Part shown: positions 1-9,625 of the stretch, in pieces
How the letters are laid out: the number at the start of each line of letters is the position of its first letter
Numbering within the stretch: position 1 is the stretch's first letter
DNA from: Caulobacter sp.
GTDB lineage: Bacteria; Pseudomonadota; Alphaproteobacteria; Caulobacterales; Caulobacteraceae
NCBI GenBank assembly: GCA_029866155.1
Contig: JARWZW010000048.1
Location: 13,857 to 77,856, forward strand
Direction: 5' to 3'
DNA: 64,000 nucleotides
Position numbers and translations under genes: made by a program
The notes under the pieces: model-generated
Told to the model about the DNA's origin: nothing
Databases searched by the model: none
What the model saw: only the letters and a program-made list of their open reading frames with translations

Positions 1-1217
1 AGGGCGTCCCAGAGGGATTTCATCTGCGGACCGGCCAGAAACACCTGGTCGACCTCGGCCGCCTCGAGGGGCTGAGCCAGCGCAGCATGCATCGCCAGGC
101 TATCCGGGCCCAGTTCCAGCATGTCGGTCAGAATCGCCAGCCTCCGCCCGTTCACCGCCCTGGCCCCGAGGGTGCGCAGCGCTGCGTTCATCGACAGGGG
201 GTTGGCGTTGTAGCTCTCGTCGATCAGGGTCGCCGCGCCGCCTTCCAGAACCAGTCGGGTCTCGGCGCCCCGACCGGCGAGGGGCTCGAAATCCCGCAAG
301 GCCGCCAGGGCGGCGCCCCGATCCACGTCCATGGCCTCCAGCATCAGCAGGGCGCAAAGGCTGTTGAGGCCCCAATGCAGACCCGTCTGCTGCAGGTCAA
401 AGACCAGGGGCTGGCCATGCAGCAGGCAGGAAACGCGGGCGCGGCCGCCCATGACCTCGAAACCGGTCAGCCGGGCTGCGCAATCCTCATCAGAGCCGAA
501 AGCCAGAACCCTGCCTCCCGCCGCTCCGGCGCGCGCCTTGAGGAACCCGAACCAGGGATTGTCGCCATTGAGAACGGCAGTTCCGCCTGGCGCCAGCCCG
601 TCAAAGATTTCGGCCTTGGCCCGGGCCACCCCGGCTTCGCCATCGGGAAAATTCTCAAGATGGACGGGGCCCACCGTGGTGATGGCCACGGCCTGGGGCT
701 GGACCATCCGGACCAGGGGCGTGATCTCGTCGGCGTGGTTCATGCCGATCTCGAAGACCGCCCGCTGGGTCGCCAATGGCATCCGCGCCAAGGTCAGAGG
801 CACGCCGATATGGTTGTTGAAGCTCTTGATCGAGGTATGGGACCTCCCCGCCAGGGTCAGGCCCGCCGCCACAGCCTGGGTGACGCTGGTCTTGCCGACC
901 GATCCGGTGACCGCACAGCGGAGCGCAGAGGAGCGGTCGCGGGCGGCGACGCCGAGCGCTTCCAGGCCCTTGAAGCTGTCGGGGACCAGGACATGGGGCG
1001 CATTGATGGGTCTGCTGACCAGGGCGCCGGCGGCTCCATTGACCATGGCCTGTTCGACAAAGTCGTGCCCGTCCCGCGCCCCCGCCAGGGCGACGAACAG
1101 ATCCCCGACAGCCAGGCCGCGGCTGTCGATATCGACGCCATGGACATCAAAGTCGCCGGCGGCCACGCCGCCTGTGGCCCGGGCGATCCCAGAGGCGGTC
1201 CAGAGCGGTTCAGTCAT
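1..1217 (-). CDS. murF: UDP-N-acetylmuramoyl-tripeptide--D-Ala-D-Ala ligase (runs off window start; absent from ORF track)
   Basis: Manual translation from ATG 1217 (overlapping the murE stop): MTEPLWTASGIARATGG...DIDSR...AVTGSVGKTS (P-loop)...KSFNNHIGVP...EIGMNH...LIDESYNANP; follows murE in the dcw order. Confidence 0.95.
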   Translation of the reverse strand, partial: MTEPLWTASGIARATGGVAAGDFDVHGVDIDSRGLAVGDLFVALAGARDGHDFVEQAMVNGAAGALVSRPINAPHVLVPDSFKGLEALGVAARDRSSALRCAVTGSVGKTSVTQAVAAGLTLAGRSHTSIKSFNNHIGVPLTLARMPLATQRAVFEIGMNHADEITPLVRMVQPQAVAITTVGPVHLENFPDGEAGVARAKAEIFDGLAPGGTAVLNGDNPWFGFLKARAGAAGGRVLAFGSDEDCAARLTGFEVMGGRARVSCLLHGQPLVFDLQQTGLHWGLNSLCALLMLEAMDVDRGAALAALRDFEPLAGRGAETRLVLEGGAATLIDESYNANPLSMNAALRTLGARAVNGRRLAILTDMLELGPDSLAMHAALAQPLEAAEVDQVFLAGPQMKSLWDA

Positions 1218-2685
1218 GGGCCGCTCCTGCGGCAAGGGCTGCGCGCGCTTCGGCGACATCATCGAACGGATGGTTCACACCAGCGATCATCTGTCCCTGT
1301 TCGTGACCCTTGCCGGCGATCGCCAGGACATCACCCGGCTTCATCATCGCCACGCCGGCCCTGATCGCCATGCGCCGATCGCCGATTTCATGGGCGTCCG
1401 GAGCGGCCGCCAGAATGGCCTCGCGAATGGAGGCCGGCGCCTCTGAACGGGGATTGTCATCGGTCACGATGGCCACGTCCGCGAGGCTCGCGGCGATGGC
1501 CCCCATCATGGGCCGCTTGCCGGCGTCACGGTCGCCGCCTGCGCCGAACACGACGATCAGCCGCCCGCGGGCATGAGGGCGAAGGGCGCGGAGCAGCGTC
1601 TCGAGGCCGTCGGGCGTATGGGCATAGTCGACATAGACCTCGCCCTGTTGCTCATCCTCGCCCTCGGGGGCTTCGACCCGCTGCATGCGGCCGGGCGCAC
1701 CGACCAGGGACTCAAGGGCGCTGAAAACCGGACCGGGCGCTTCACCGGCGGCGATGCAGAGGCCTGCGGCGACCAGGGCGTTGTCCGCCTGAAAGGCTCC
1801 GGCCAGAGGCAGTCGAACCTGGTGGGTAAGGCCCTGGTGGCGGAGGGTCAGGTCCTGTCCGGCCGGCGTCAGCCGGCGCTGGACCAGCCGGATGCCCTGC
1901 CCGGCCTCACCGGTGGAGAGGATGCTGTGGCCATGGGCGGTCGCCGCTGCGGCAAAAGCTTCGAACCCATTGGAATCGGCGTTCAGGACAGCTGTTGAGC
2001 CGGATGGCAGGAGGTCCTCGAAAAGTCGAAGCTTCGCTGACCGATAGGCCTCCATGCTGCCATGGTAGTCGAGGTGGTCCTGGGTGAAGTTGGTGAAGCC
2101 CGCGGCGGTCAGGCGCACGCCGTCGATCCGCCGCTGGTCGATCCCGTGGGATGAGGCCTCAAGGGCCAGATGCGTGACCCCCTCGTCGACCATCCGCGCC
2201 ATCAGGGCGGCGACATCAGCGGCGTCGGGCGTGGTCAGCCCTGGCGGCGTCACGGCAAGATCAGGCTGTCCCGGCAGGGAGATCACCACGCCCAGGGTTC
2301 CCATACTGGCTGATCGGCGACCCAGGGAGGCAAAGATCTGTCTGCAGAAGGCGGCGATGGAGGTCTTGCCGTTGGTGCCCGTGATGGCCACGCTGACCGG
2401 CGGCTGCCGACCATGGAACCGCATGGCTGCAAGGGCATAGGCCCGGCGCAGGTCCGCAGCATGGACGACCGGCACGGGCAGGCCTTGAAAATCATCGGGC
2501 GCCAGGATGGCCGCTGCGCCGCGGTCAAGCGCAGCCTTGATGAAGGCTCGGCCATCGGCCTGGGAACCTGGCAGGGCGGCAAACAGGAACCCGGGCGCGA
2601 CCTTTCGGCTGTCCGCCGTCACCCCGGTGATGACAGGGTCGTCAGCCAGGACCTGGAGAACCATCTCGGAAAGCCGCAGACTCAT
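1210..2685 (-). CDS. murE: UDP-N-acetylmuramoyl-L-alanyl-D-glutamate--2,6-diaminopimelate ligase
   Basis: ITGTNGKTS P-loop, EASSHGIDQRR, NFTQDHLDYH, DYAHTPD, DNPR (DAP specificity) and GKGHE motifs. Confidence 0.97.
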   Translation of the reverse strand: MSLRLSEMVLQVLADDPVITGVTADSRKVAPGFLFAALPGSQADGRAFIKAALDRGAAAILAPDDFQGLPVPVVHAADLRRAYALAAMRFHGRQPPVSVAITGTNGKTSIAAFCRQIFASLGRRSASMGTLGVVISLPGQPDLAVTPPGLTTPDAADVAALMARMVDEGVTHLALEASSHGIDQRRIDGVRLTAAGFTNFTQDHLDYHGSMEAYRSAKLRLFEDLLPSGSTAVLNADSNGFEAFAAAATAHGHSILSTGEAGQGIRLVQRRLTPAGQDLTLRHQGLTHQVRLPLAGAFQADNALVAAGLCIAAGEAPGPVFSALESLVGAPGRMQRVEAPEGEDEQQGEVYVDYAHTPDGLETLLRALRPHARGRLIVVFGAGGDRDAGKRPMMGAIAASLADVAIVTDDNPRSEAPASIREAILAAAPDAHEIGDRRMAIRAGVAMMKPGDVLAIAGKGHEQGQMIAGVNHPFDDVAEARAALAAGAAHD

Positions 2686-4415
2686 AGCGGCGCCCCCTTC
2701 TGGATCGTTGCAATATCGAAATCGGGCCGCTGAAGCTGCCTGGGCACGCCGAGGAAACGGGCGCTGCGGTCGATGACCCGCCCGACGGCAGGGGCCGCGA
2801 CCAGACCGCCTGTGCGGGCGCCGCCGGTCGGCTCGTCAAGCAGGACCAGCACAAAATAGCGGGTGGTGTCGGCTGGACCATCGGTCGGGAAAACGGCAGC
2901 GAAGGACGCAACCTGGCGCGTCGGGCTGTAGCCACGAATCTCCGGATCATACTTTTCGCCAGTGCCGGTCTTGCCGCCCACCGAGAGACCGGCGGCGTCC
3001 GCCCGGCGCCCAGTGCCTTCAACGACATTGCCCCGCATGATCTTCAGCATGGCCTGGGTTGTGCCCTCAGACACGACCCGGGGACCGGCGGGATGATAGT
3101 CGGCAGGCCTTTTCAGGATGGTGAGGGGCACCATGGCCCCGCCGTTGAGGATCGAGCCCATGGCCTGGGCCAGGGACAGGGGACTGACATTGATGCCATG
3201 ACCGAAGGAGACGCTGGCCAGGGCGTCATCGTTCCAGCGGGTCGGGGTCAAGGGGCTGGCGGTTTCCTTGAGTTCGACACCGGCCCGGCGGGTCAGACCG
3301 AGCGCGTCGAAGTAGCGTTTCAGGGTGGGGACACCGATCCCCATGGCCAGCTTGGCTGTCCCGATATTGGAGCTGTGGTTGAACACCTCGCCCAGGGTCA
3401 AAATCCGGTTGGTGCCATGAAAGTCGTGGATGGTCCGATAGCCCATCCGCATGGGCGTCCGGGCGTCGAAGGTCGAGTCCATCTGGGCGACCCCGGCATC
3501 GAGGCCGATGGCGACGGTAAAGGCCTTGAAGGTGGAGCCCATCTCATAGACCTGGGCCGCAGCCAGGTTCTTGCGGTCGAGCTCGGTGAATTTTCCGGGC
3601 CGGTTGGGATCGAATTCGGGCCAGTTGGCCAGGGCGATGACCTCGCCGGTCCGGACATTGGTGATCAGGCCAACAGCGCCTTTGGGATGGAACTCGTCCA
3701 CCGCATTCTGAAGCTCTTCTTCCAGCGCAGCCTGGACCCGAACATCGATCGACAGGGCGACCGGCGTGTCCGATGCGGCTCCGGCCCGGAGCTCGGCCTG
3801 GAGCGCCTTTTCGGCGCCCTGAAGGCCTTCACCGCCCGTATCGCTGAAGCCGACCAGATGGGCGGCCAGGGACCCCATGGGGTAGACCCGCTTGGGAGAT
3901 TTTTCAAACGTGACCCCGGGCAGACCCAGTTCATGGATTCTGTCTCGGATCTCCGGGGCCAGTCCCTCGGCCAGCACCCGTCGCTTGCCAGCGTCCATGG
4001 CCTCATTGAAGCGGCGTGCGGTCAACTTGGGGATCGTCCCGACCAGGGCCTTGCGGGTGTCCTTGCGGCTCCAGACATCGGCCGGGTCCAGCACAAGCCG
4101 GTAGTGGGTCAGGTTGACAGCAAGAAGTTGCCCGGTGCGGTCCACCAGGTCGGCCTTGGCCGTCTCGTCCAGAACGGCGCTGCGGCCCGGCTTGCCGGCG
4201 TCCGAAAAGACCGCCGCATAGATGGCGCCCCCGCCGATAATGCCGAAAAGAATGGCGAAAAAGCCCAGAACGAAAAGAATCCGCACCCGGGCGTCATCTT
4301 CAGGCCGACCGGACACGCGCGACCGCTCGAACGCGTGCTCGATCCGCCAGAGCCAGTCGATAACCCAACGCCAGACCGGGGGGTAGCGATGGGGGGTAAG
4401 ATCCGCCAGGCTCAC
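2682..4415 (-). CDS. ftsI: Division-specific class B penicillin-binding protein (PBP3)
   Basis: Single N-terminal TM; transpeptidase motifs STFK, SSN, KTGT; lies between ftsL and murE. Confidence 0.95.
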   Translation of the reverse strand: MSLADLTPHRYPPVWRWVIDWLWRIEHAFERSRVSGRPEDDARVRILFVLGFFAILFGIIGGGAIYAAVFSDAGKPGRSAVLDETAKADLVDRTGQLLAVNLTHYRLVLDPADVWSRKDTRKALVGTIPKLTARRFNEAMDAGKRRVLAEGLAPEIRDRIHELGLPGVTFEKSPKRVYPMGSLAAHLVGFSDTGGEGLQGAEKALQAELRAGAASDTPVALSIDVRVQAALEEELQNAVDEFHPKGAVGLITNVRTGEVIALANWPEFDPNRPGKFTELDRKNLAAAQVYEMGSTFKAFTVAIGLDAGVAQMDSTFDARTPMRMGYRTIHDFHGTNRILTLGEVFNHSSNIGTAKLAMGIGVPTLKRYFDALGLTRRAGVELKETASPLTPTRWNDDALASVSFGHGINVSPLSLAQAMGSILNGGAMVPLTILKRPADYHPAGPRVVSEGTTQAMLKIMRGNVVEGTGRRADAAGLSVGGKTGTGEKYDPEIRGYSPTRQVASFAAVFPTDGPADTTRYFVLVLLDEPTGGARTGGLVAAPAVGRVIDRSARFLGVPRQLQRPDFDIATIQKGAPL

Positions 4416-4849
4416 AGTCCAGCCTCCACACGCCCGGAAATCTCCTGCCTCGGCTCCACCAATCCAGGACCTGCGATCTCGATCGGCGACACAGCGGGGC
4501 CGGTGGGGGTCTTGACGGGACCGGGAGGACTTACCCCGGCGACTAGCATGGGCAGACTGTCCAGATCCCCTTCCTGATCAGCCCTGAGCGGCGCCATGTT
4601 CAGATGGACCTTGGCGAGCCTCTGCAGCCGCTCCGGCTGCTCCAGATGCGCGACCTCGGCCTTCAGAAGACGGATCCGGGTGCTTTCTTCCTTGATGAAC
4701 CTCTGGGTCTGGACCATCTCGCGCATGTCCCTCCCGGCATAGGCCTTGGCCAGATTGACCGCCAGGGCCAGGCCCATCAGCACTAGCAAGGCCAGCATGT
4801 TGATGGTGCGGAAGCCGCGGGTTCGATGATTGAAAAGGACCCCGATCAT
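4412..4849 (-). CDS. ftsL: Cell division protein FtsL
   Basis: TM followed by coiled coil ([21 protein letters not shown]); lies between rsmH and ftsI with 4-nt overlaps. Confidence 0.85.
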   Translation of the reverse strand: MIGVLFNHRTRGFRTINMLALLVLMGLALAVNLAKAYAGRDMREMVQTQRFIKEESTRIRLLKAEVAHLEQPERLQRLAKVHLNMAPLRADQEGDLDSLPMLVAGVSPPGPVKTPTGPAVSPIEIAGPGLVEPRQEISGRVEAGL

Positions 4850-5799
4850 TCCGAAGGCCTCCAGACCGGCGCTTCGGTCCGGACGGCTGCACGCAGCTTG
4901 GCCGATCTGGACCTGGGATTGATGCCGGCCTCCCCGGGACTGGCTTCGCGAGCACCGCGAAACTGCAGCTCGAAGGACGGCGCTGCGCCGGTCTCGCGGG
5001 GCGGGGCGTGACGCGACCCCGCCGGCGTCCGGCCAGCCCGCTCGGCCAGGAAGGCCTTGACGATCCGGTCCTCGAGAGAATGAAAGGTGACGACCGCGAG
5101 CCGCCCGCCAACCTTCAACGCCCGCTCCGCCGCCAGCAACCCGGCTTCGAGCTCCGACAGCTCTTCATTGACCGCGATCCTGAGGGCCTGAAAGACGCGG
5201 GTGGCCGGGTGCACCTTTGCACCGCGGCGCCCGCCCAGCGACCGTTCGACAACCTCGGCCAGATCAAGGGTCCTGGTAAAGGGCGCCTCGACCCGCCGCC
5301 GGAGCAGAAAACTCGCGACCCGCCGGCTCTCACGCTCCTCTCCATAGACAAAGAAGATCCGCGCGAGGGCTTCCTTGTCCAGGGTGTTGACCATGTCGGC
5401 CGCCGTAGGGCCGTCGGCGCCCATCCTCATGTCCAGGGGCCCGTCCCTCATGAACGAGAAGCCGCGATCGGCTTCATCCAGCTGCATGGAGGAAACTCCG
5501 AGGTCCAGGGCCACGCCATCAACGCTGGCCTCGCCCAACTCTTCGGCCATGGCCGAGAACCTTGCCTCGACCAGCCGAAACCGGCCGCCAGCCGCGAGGG
5601 GACCGGACTCGAGCGGGGCGGCGAATCTCCGGGCGGTGGGATCACGGTCAAAGGCCGTCACGGTGGCCCCCGACTCAAGGAAGGCGCGGCTATAGCCGCC
5701 TGCCCCGAAGGTTCCGTCAACGATATGGGCGCCAGCCGCCGGAGCAAGGGCCGTGAGCACCTCGGGCAGCATGACGGAGATGTGGGGCGTGTCGCTCAT
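4846..5799 (-). CDS. rsmH: 16S rRNA m4C1402 methyltransferase
   Basis: Start set at [15 protein letters not shown] (ATG 5799); [58 protein letters not shown]. Confidence 0.96.
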   Translation of the reverse strand: MSDTPHISVMLPEVLTALAPAAGAHIVDGTFGAGGYSRAFLESGATVTAFDRDPTARRFAAPLESGPLAAGGRFRLVEARFSAMAEELGEASVDGVALDLGVSSMQLDEADRGFSFMRDGPLDMRMGADGPTAADMVNTLDKEALARIFFVYGEERESRRVASFLLRRRVEAPFTRTLDLAEVVERSLGGRRGAKVHPATRVFQALRIAVNEELSELEAGLLAAERALKVGGRLAVVTFHSLEDRIVKAFLAERAGRTPAGSRHAPPRETGAAPSFELQFRGAREASPGEAGINPRSRSAKLRAAVRTEAPVWRPSE

Positions 5800-6263
5800 C
5801 GGCCCTGCCCCTGAAGCTGCAACCTCTGACTGCTGCGCAGCTGGGCCAGACCCTCGCGGGCGCCTTGCCGGGCGGCAGCTCGCCGGGCCTGAAAGGCCTC
5901 CCTCGACCAGATCTGGAACCGCTCGCCGAGACCTACCAGCACCACCCAGTCGCTCAGCCCGAACTGGTCGCACAGCAAGGGCGGCAGGGTAACCCGGCCC
6001 GCATCGTCGAAACCCATCCTGACAAGTCCGCCATGGACACTCATCTCGATGTCCGAACGAAGCGGATCGCCGAAGGGAAGCTCCTCGATCAGCGCCTGAT
6101 ACCGATCGAACAGGACCTTGCCGCCCCCCTCGATGCAATCGAACTCGACCGAGGGGAAACAGGCGATGCCGTCGAACGGCCCGGCGACCGCCGCACGGAA
6201 CTCCGCAGGCACCACCAGGCGCCGCTTGGCGTCCAACTGCTTCTCGAAGGTCGAGAAAAACAC
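5796..6263 (-). CDS. mraZ: Division/cell wall cluster transcriptional repressor MraZ
   Basis: GTG start; [14 protein letters not shown] and [10 protein letters not shown] SpoVT-AbrB repeats; first gene of the dcw cluster. Confidence 0.93.
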   Translation of the reverse strand: MFFSTFEKQLDAKRRLVVPAEFRAAVAGPFDGIACFPSVEFDCIEGGGKVLFDRYQALIEELPFGDPLRSDIEMSVHGGLVRMGFDDAGRVTLPPLLCDQFGLSDWVVLVGLGERFQIWSREAFQARRAAARQGAREGLAQLRSSQRLQLQGQGR

Positions 6264-6336
6264 TGCGCCCCCGCCTGGTTCCCGCCGGGAGACCGCCCTC
6301 CGACGCGCCGGGACGGACAGCCGCCCCCGACGTCAT

Positions 6337-6371
6337 TGGGTTAACATGGGACCAGGTGGGAGACAATGGGA
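6337..6371 (+). promoter_or_regulatory. MraZ-type direct repeats, 4 x TGGGN at 10-bp period
   Basis: TGGGT-TAACA-TGGGA-CCAGG-TGGGA-GACAA-TGGGA, 74-108 bp upstream of mraZ; matches the TGGGN-N5 repeat pattern described for MraZ operators. Confidence 0.75.
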
Positions 6372-6449
6372 CGGGATGCCTCAACAGAAGTTTCAGTGTC
6401 GATTCAATGGAAAGCGCACTGAAATTGGCCTGCGTTGGTTAACGAATTC

Positions 6450-6476
6450 GAACAATGCACAGAACATACACGGAAC
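6450..6476. promoter_or_regulatory. Alphaproteobacterial LexA (SOS) box GAAC-N7-GAAC with an additional GAAC half-site
   Basis: GAAC(6450)-N8-GAAC(6462)-ATACACG-GAAC(6473); the 6462-6476 part is an exact GTTC-N7-GTTC on the minus strand. Confidence 0.55.
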
Positions 6477-6532
6477 GTGTTAAGTATTGCGGGGATGGAC
6501 TGAACCCGGAATGGGGGAAGGCTCGGAGGAAA

Positions 6533-6942
6533 GCGGATCAGATGGCCTGTAAGCCGGGTTCTGTGCCAACGCCCTGAAGGGACGTGCGACGATCATTCCT
6601 CTGGACCGCCCCTCGCGGGACGGTTCTCGCGACCAACCCGGACACCTCGGACCGGCGACGGTCCTGCCCGGCCGTTTCCACCGTGAGGCGGACGCACCAG
6701 GCGCGGTATCCCTATTCGGTCTTGCTCCAGGCGGGGCTTGCCATGCCGTTCCCGTTGCCGGGCCCGCGGTGGGCTCTTACCCCACCCTTTCACCCTTACC
6801 CCGGACAGGTCCGGGGCGGTTTGCTTTCTGTGGCGCTATCCCTGGGGTCACCCCCGGCGGGCGTTACCCGCCGCCTTGTCGCCGTGGAGCCCGGACTTTC
6901 CTCGACGCTTTCGCGCCGCGACCGCCCGGCCATCTGATCCGC
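6533..6942 (-). ncRNA. rnpB: RNase P RNA, bacterial type A
   Basis: Minus strand has GAGGAAAGTCCGGGCTCC near the 5' end and ACAGAACCCGGCTTAC near the 3' end; P1 helix GCGGATCAGATGGCC / GGCCATCTGATCCGC closes the ends. Confidence 0.97.
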
Positions 6943-6947
6943 CGGCA

Positions 6948-6976
6948 GGAATGGGCGCGCCCGCCGCCTGGGTCAA
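6948..6976 (-). promoter_or_regulatory. Putative sigma70 promoter of rnpB
   Basis: TTGACC-N17-CATTCC on the minus strand, ending about 6 nt before the P1 5' end. Confidence 0.55.
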
Positions 6977-7001
6977 GGGCGGGCGGCAAACTGCCTGGCG
7001 G

Positions 7002-7475
7002 TCAGACGGAGACGCCGCGGCCGGCCAACTGGGCCTTCAGCTTGCGGACATCCGGAGCGATCAGGAAACCGAACGACACGGCGCCATGCTTGGTGCTGAC
7101 CGCATGGTGGAAGCGATGGGCCTGAATCAGGCGCTTCCAGTAGGCGCTGCGGGCCTTGGGCATGGGCCAGCGGCGATGCACCAGTCCATCGTGGAACAGG
7201 AAATAGATCGCGCCATAGGTGGTGATGCCCAGCCCGACCGGCAGAAGCCAGTCGATGCCCCTGACACCCAGCCAGATGGCGATGATGGCCGGCGTGGCGA
7301 AGACCACGGCAAACAGGTCGTTGAGCTCGAACAGCCCGGTTCTCGGCTCATGGTGAGAACGGTGCCAGACCCATAGAAATCCATGCATCACGTAGCGGTG
7401 CATGACCCAGGCAAACCCTTCCATGAAGAGCACGGCCCCAAGGTAAAGCAGCAGTCCGGTGAGAAGGTCAGTCAT
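7002..7475 (-). CDS. crtZ: Beta-carotene 3-hydroxylase
   Basis: His boxes HRYVMHG, WHRSHHEPR, ELNDLF, HDGLVHRRWP, HRFHH typical of CrtZ. Confidence 0.94.
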   Translation of the reverse strand: MTDLLTGLLLYLGAVLFMEGFAWVMHRYVMHGFLWVWHRSHHEPRTGLFELNDLFAVVFATPAIIAIWLGVRGIDWLLPVGLGITTYGAIYFLFHDGLVHRRWPMPKARSAYWKRLIQAHRFHHAVSTKHGAVSFGFLIAPDVRKLKAQLAGRGVSV

Positions 7476-7478
7476 GGG

Positions 7479-8684
7479 TCAGCGCCTCAGCAGGCGAGTG
7501 GATATATGGGCGATCAGCAGGCCGCCAAGCCCTATGCCCGTCAGCACGCCCCAGGCAGGATACAGGCTTGTCAGGGGCGCGTCCCGCCAAAGAATGGAAT
7601 GATAGGCCTCAATGGCCCAGGCATGGGGCGTGAACCAGCCCAGTGACTGCAGCCAGGGCGGCATCAGGAACCGAGGCACCATACTGCCCCCCACCGCCGC
7701 CAGGACGAGGATCAGGAAGGTCGAGAACATCTGGGCCTGCTCGCGGGTCCGCGACAGGGCGACGACACCCAGCGCCAAACCGCCGGCGCAGATGGCGGCC
7801 GTGAGGCTGGTGATCAGCCAGGGGACGAAATGGGCCTGAACCGGCACGCCGTAGAAAATCTGGGCAACCAGGAAGATCGAGGCCGCCTGCAGGCACCCTT
7901 GAAGTAACAGGAACAGGAACTTGCCATTGACCACAGGGCCCATCCCGGACGCGCCCGCAAGGATGCGGTCCGAGACTCCGGCCTGACGTTCCTCGATCAG
8001 GGACATGGCGGCGTTCATCGCGGAGAACAGGGCGAACAGGATCGTCACCGCCCCGGCGTAATAGGCGATGGTTCCCCTGCCCTTGTGGGTCTGTGAGATG
8101 TCCTCGACCTTGAAGGTCTGGGGCTGGTCGGCCGGAACCTTGCCTGCCAGGGCGTCTTCACGCAGTCCGGTCAGGGCGGCTGTGGCCCGGGACTGTTGCC
8201 TCAAGCTGAGCGGACCGACCACGGGCGCGGCCTGATCAAGGGTCTTGGCGAGCATCACGTCCGGCAGATGCCTGGCCATGGCCGCCTGCACCCTGCCCTG
8301 GGTCAGGGGCAAGGCGATCGCCCGGGTTGGATCGGAGATGATCAGGAATGGCGCCTCGGCAGCACCTGGATCGGCCTGGATCACAAGACCCGCATCAGAC
8401 TTTCCGGCCCGAACGCGTTTTCGGACCTGATCGGCCGTGGCCGGCGACACCCTTACGGCGCGCAGGTTCTGATCCGCCAGCAAGGCGGCCTCGAGTCGGC
8501 CGGAGGCCGGCGTCCGGGCGACGTCGACAATGGCCAGCTTCAGCCGCACGTCATCGCCGGAGGCCCCTGCGAACACCGTGGCGAAGATGACGAATACAAG
8601 AGGCGGTAGCAGAAAGGTCATGGCCATGGCGCCGCGGTCCCGCAGCATGGCCAGCAACATAACCCGGAACATGGCGAGGATCAT
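7479..8684 (-). CDS. ABC-2 type exporter permease with large periplasmic loop
   Basis: N-terminal TM (TFLLPPLVFVIFATVF), about 190-aa extracytoplasmic region, about 5 C-terminal TMs, EERQAGVSDRIL and GGSMVPRFLMPPWLQSLGWFTPHAWA motifs. Confidence 0.88.
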   Translation of the reverse strand: MILAMFRVMLLAMLRDRGAMAMTFLLPPLVFVIFATVFAGASGDDVRLKLAIVDVARTPASGRLEAALLADQNLRAVRVSPATADQVRKRVRAGKSDAGLVIQADPGAAEAPFLIISDPTRAIALPLTQGRVQAAMARHLPDVMLAKTLDQAAPVVGPLSLRQQSRATAALTGLREDALAGKVPADQPQTFKVEDISQTHKGRGTIAYYAGAVTILFALFSAMNAAMSLIEERQAGVSDRILAGASGMGPVVNGKFLFLLLQGCLQAASIFLVAQIFYGVPVQAHFVPWLITSLTAAICAGGLALGVVALSRTREQAQMFSTFLILVLAAVGGSMVPRFLMPPWLQSLGWFTPHAWAIEAYHSILWRDAPLTSLYPAWGVLTGIGLGGLLIAHISTRLLRR

Positions 8685-9625
8685 GCGGCGCGCCGCCAGT
8701 CAGCAACCAGCGAAAAGAGGTTCTGCAGGGATGGTTCCCGCACCCGGATTTCACGGGGCGCCAGTCCCGCCTGGCGCAACAGACTGTCGATCCGGCCCGC
8801 CGTCGCATAGCCCCCGGCATCCAGCATCGACCAGAGCTGGGTCCGTCCCCGGCGCTGCAGGCCGGCGGACAGCATCAGCGCCTCATCGTCCACGCCCGCT
8901 TCTTCTGAAAGCTGGACCAGGATTTCCATGTCCTCGCCAAAGGCTTCCTTGATCAGGGTGCGGGGAGGCCCTTCCATGACCTTCTTGCCTTCCCGAAGGA
9001 AGCCGACCCGATCGGCAAGGCCGTCCGCCTGTTCAAGATCATGGGTGACGATCAGCACCGCAACCCCGGTATCCCGCAGGTCGCGGATAACTGCGTCAAC
9101 CGCTTCCCGGGCGTCCAAGTCTACGCCGACCGTCGGCTCATCAAGGATCAGCAGCCTGGGTTGATGCAGGATTGCGGCGGCGATGTTGACCCGCCGCTGA
9201 TAGCCTCCGGAAAGATGCCGGATGGGCACATGCTCGCGATCAACCACCCGGGTCAGGCCCATGGCGGTGGAAACAGCCGCCTGAAGGGCTGGCCCCTTGA
9301 CGCCCGAAAGCCGACCGAAGACCTCGAGATTTTCGCGAACCGTCATATGGTCGTAGAGGGCGATTTCCTGGGGCACCAGACCCAGAAGGCGACGGCATGA
9401 CGGAGTCGACCAGGGATCCTTGTCGTCCAGCGAAACCTTCCCGCCGGTCAACTTGAGCCTGCCGCAGATGGCTTGGACCAGAGTCGATTTTCCAGCGCCG
9501 TTGGGCCCCAGAAGCGCATAGATTTCCCCCGGACTCAGGCTGAGGTCGACGCCTCGGACCACCATCCTGGAGCCATAGGAAACCTCCGCACCTCGAAGGT
9601 TCAGAATGGGTTTGACCTCGATCAA
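8681..9625 (-). CDS. ABC exporter ATP-binding protein
   Basis: Walker A GPNGAGKST, signature LSGGYQRR, Walker B LLILDEPT, H-loop VTHD; TTG start overlaps the crtE stop. Confidence 0.93.
   Translation of the reverse strand: MIEVKPILNLRGAEVSYGSRMVVRGVDLSLSPGEIYALLGPNGAGKSTLVQAICGRLKLTGGKVSLDDKDPWSTPSCRRLLGLVPQEIALYDHMTVRENLEVFGRLSGVKGPALQAAVSTAMGLTRVVDREHVPIRHLSGGYQRRVNIAAAILHQPRLLILDEPTVGVDLDAREAVDAVIRDLRDTGVAVLIVTHDLEQADGLADRVGFLREGKKVMEGPPRTLIKEAFGEDMEILVQLSEEAGVDDEALMLSAGLQRRGRTQLWSMLDAGGYATAGRIDSLLRQAGLAPREIRVREPSLQNLFSLVADWRRAA

Noticed and set aside
87-1446. Long plus-strand ORFs (425 aa, 371 aa) and similar antisense ORFs throughout (e.g. 3093-4577, 33109-34659, 57809-59020)
   Set aside because: These are shadow frames antisense to well-supported genes and carry no family motifs.
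5800-6384. 195-aa N-terminal extension of the RsmH ORF overlapping all of mraZ
   Set aside because: The extension is Arg/Gly/Pro-rich non-family sequence in an alternative frame of mraZ. The RsmH family start (HISVM) is at 5799. Stop-poor frames are expected at this GC content.
6584-7376. ORFs overlapping the 6.5-6.9 kb region
   Set aside because: The region is fully explained by RNase P RNA and crtZ on the minus strand.
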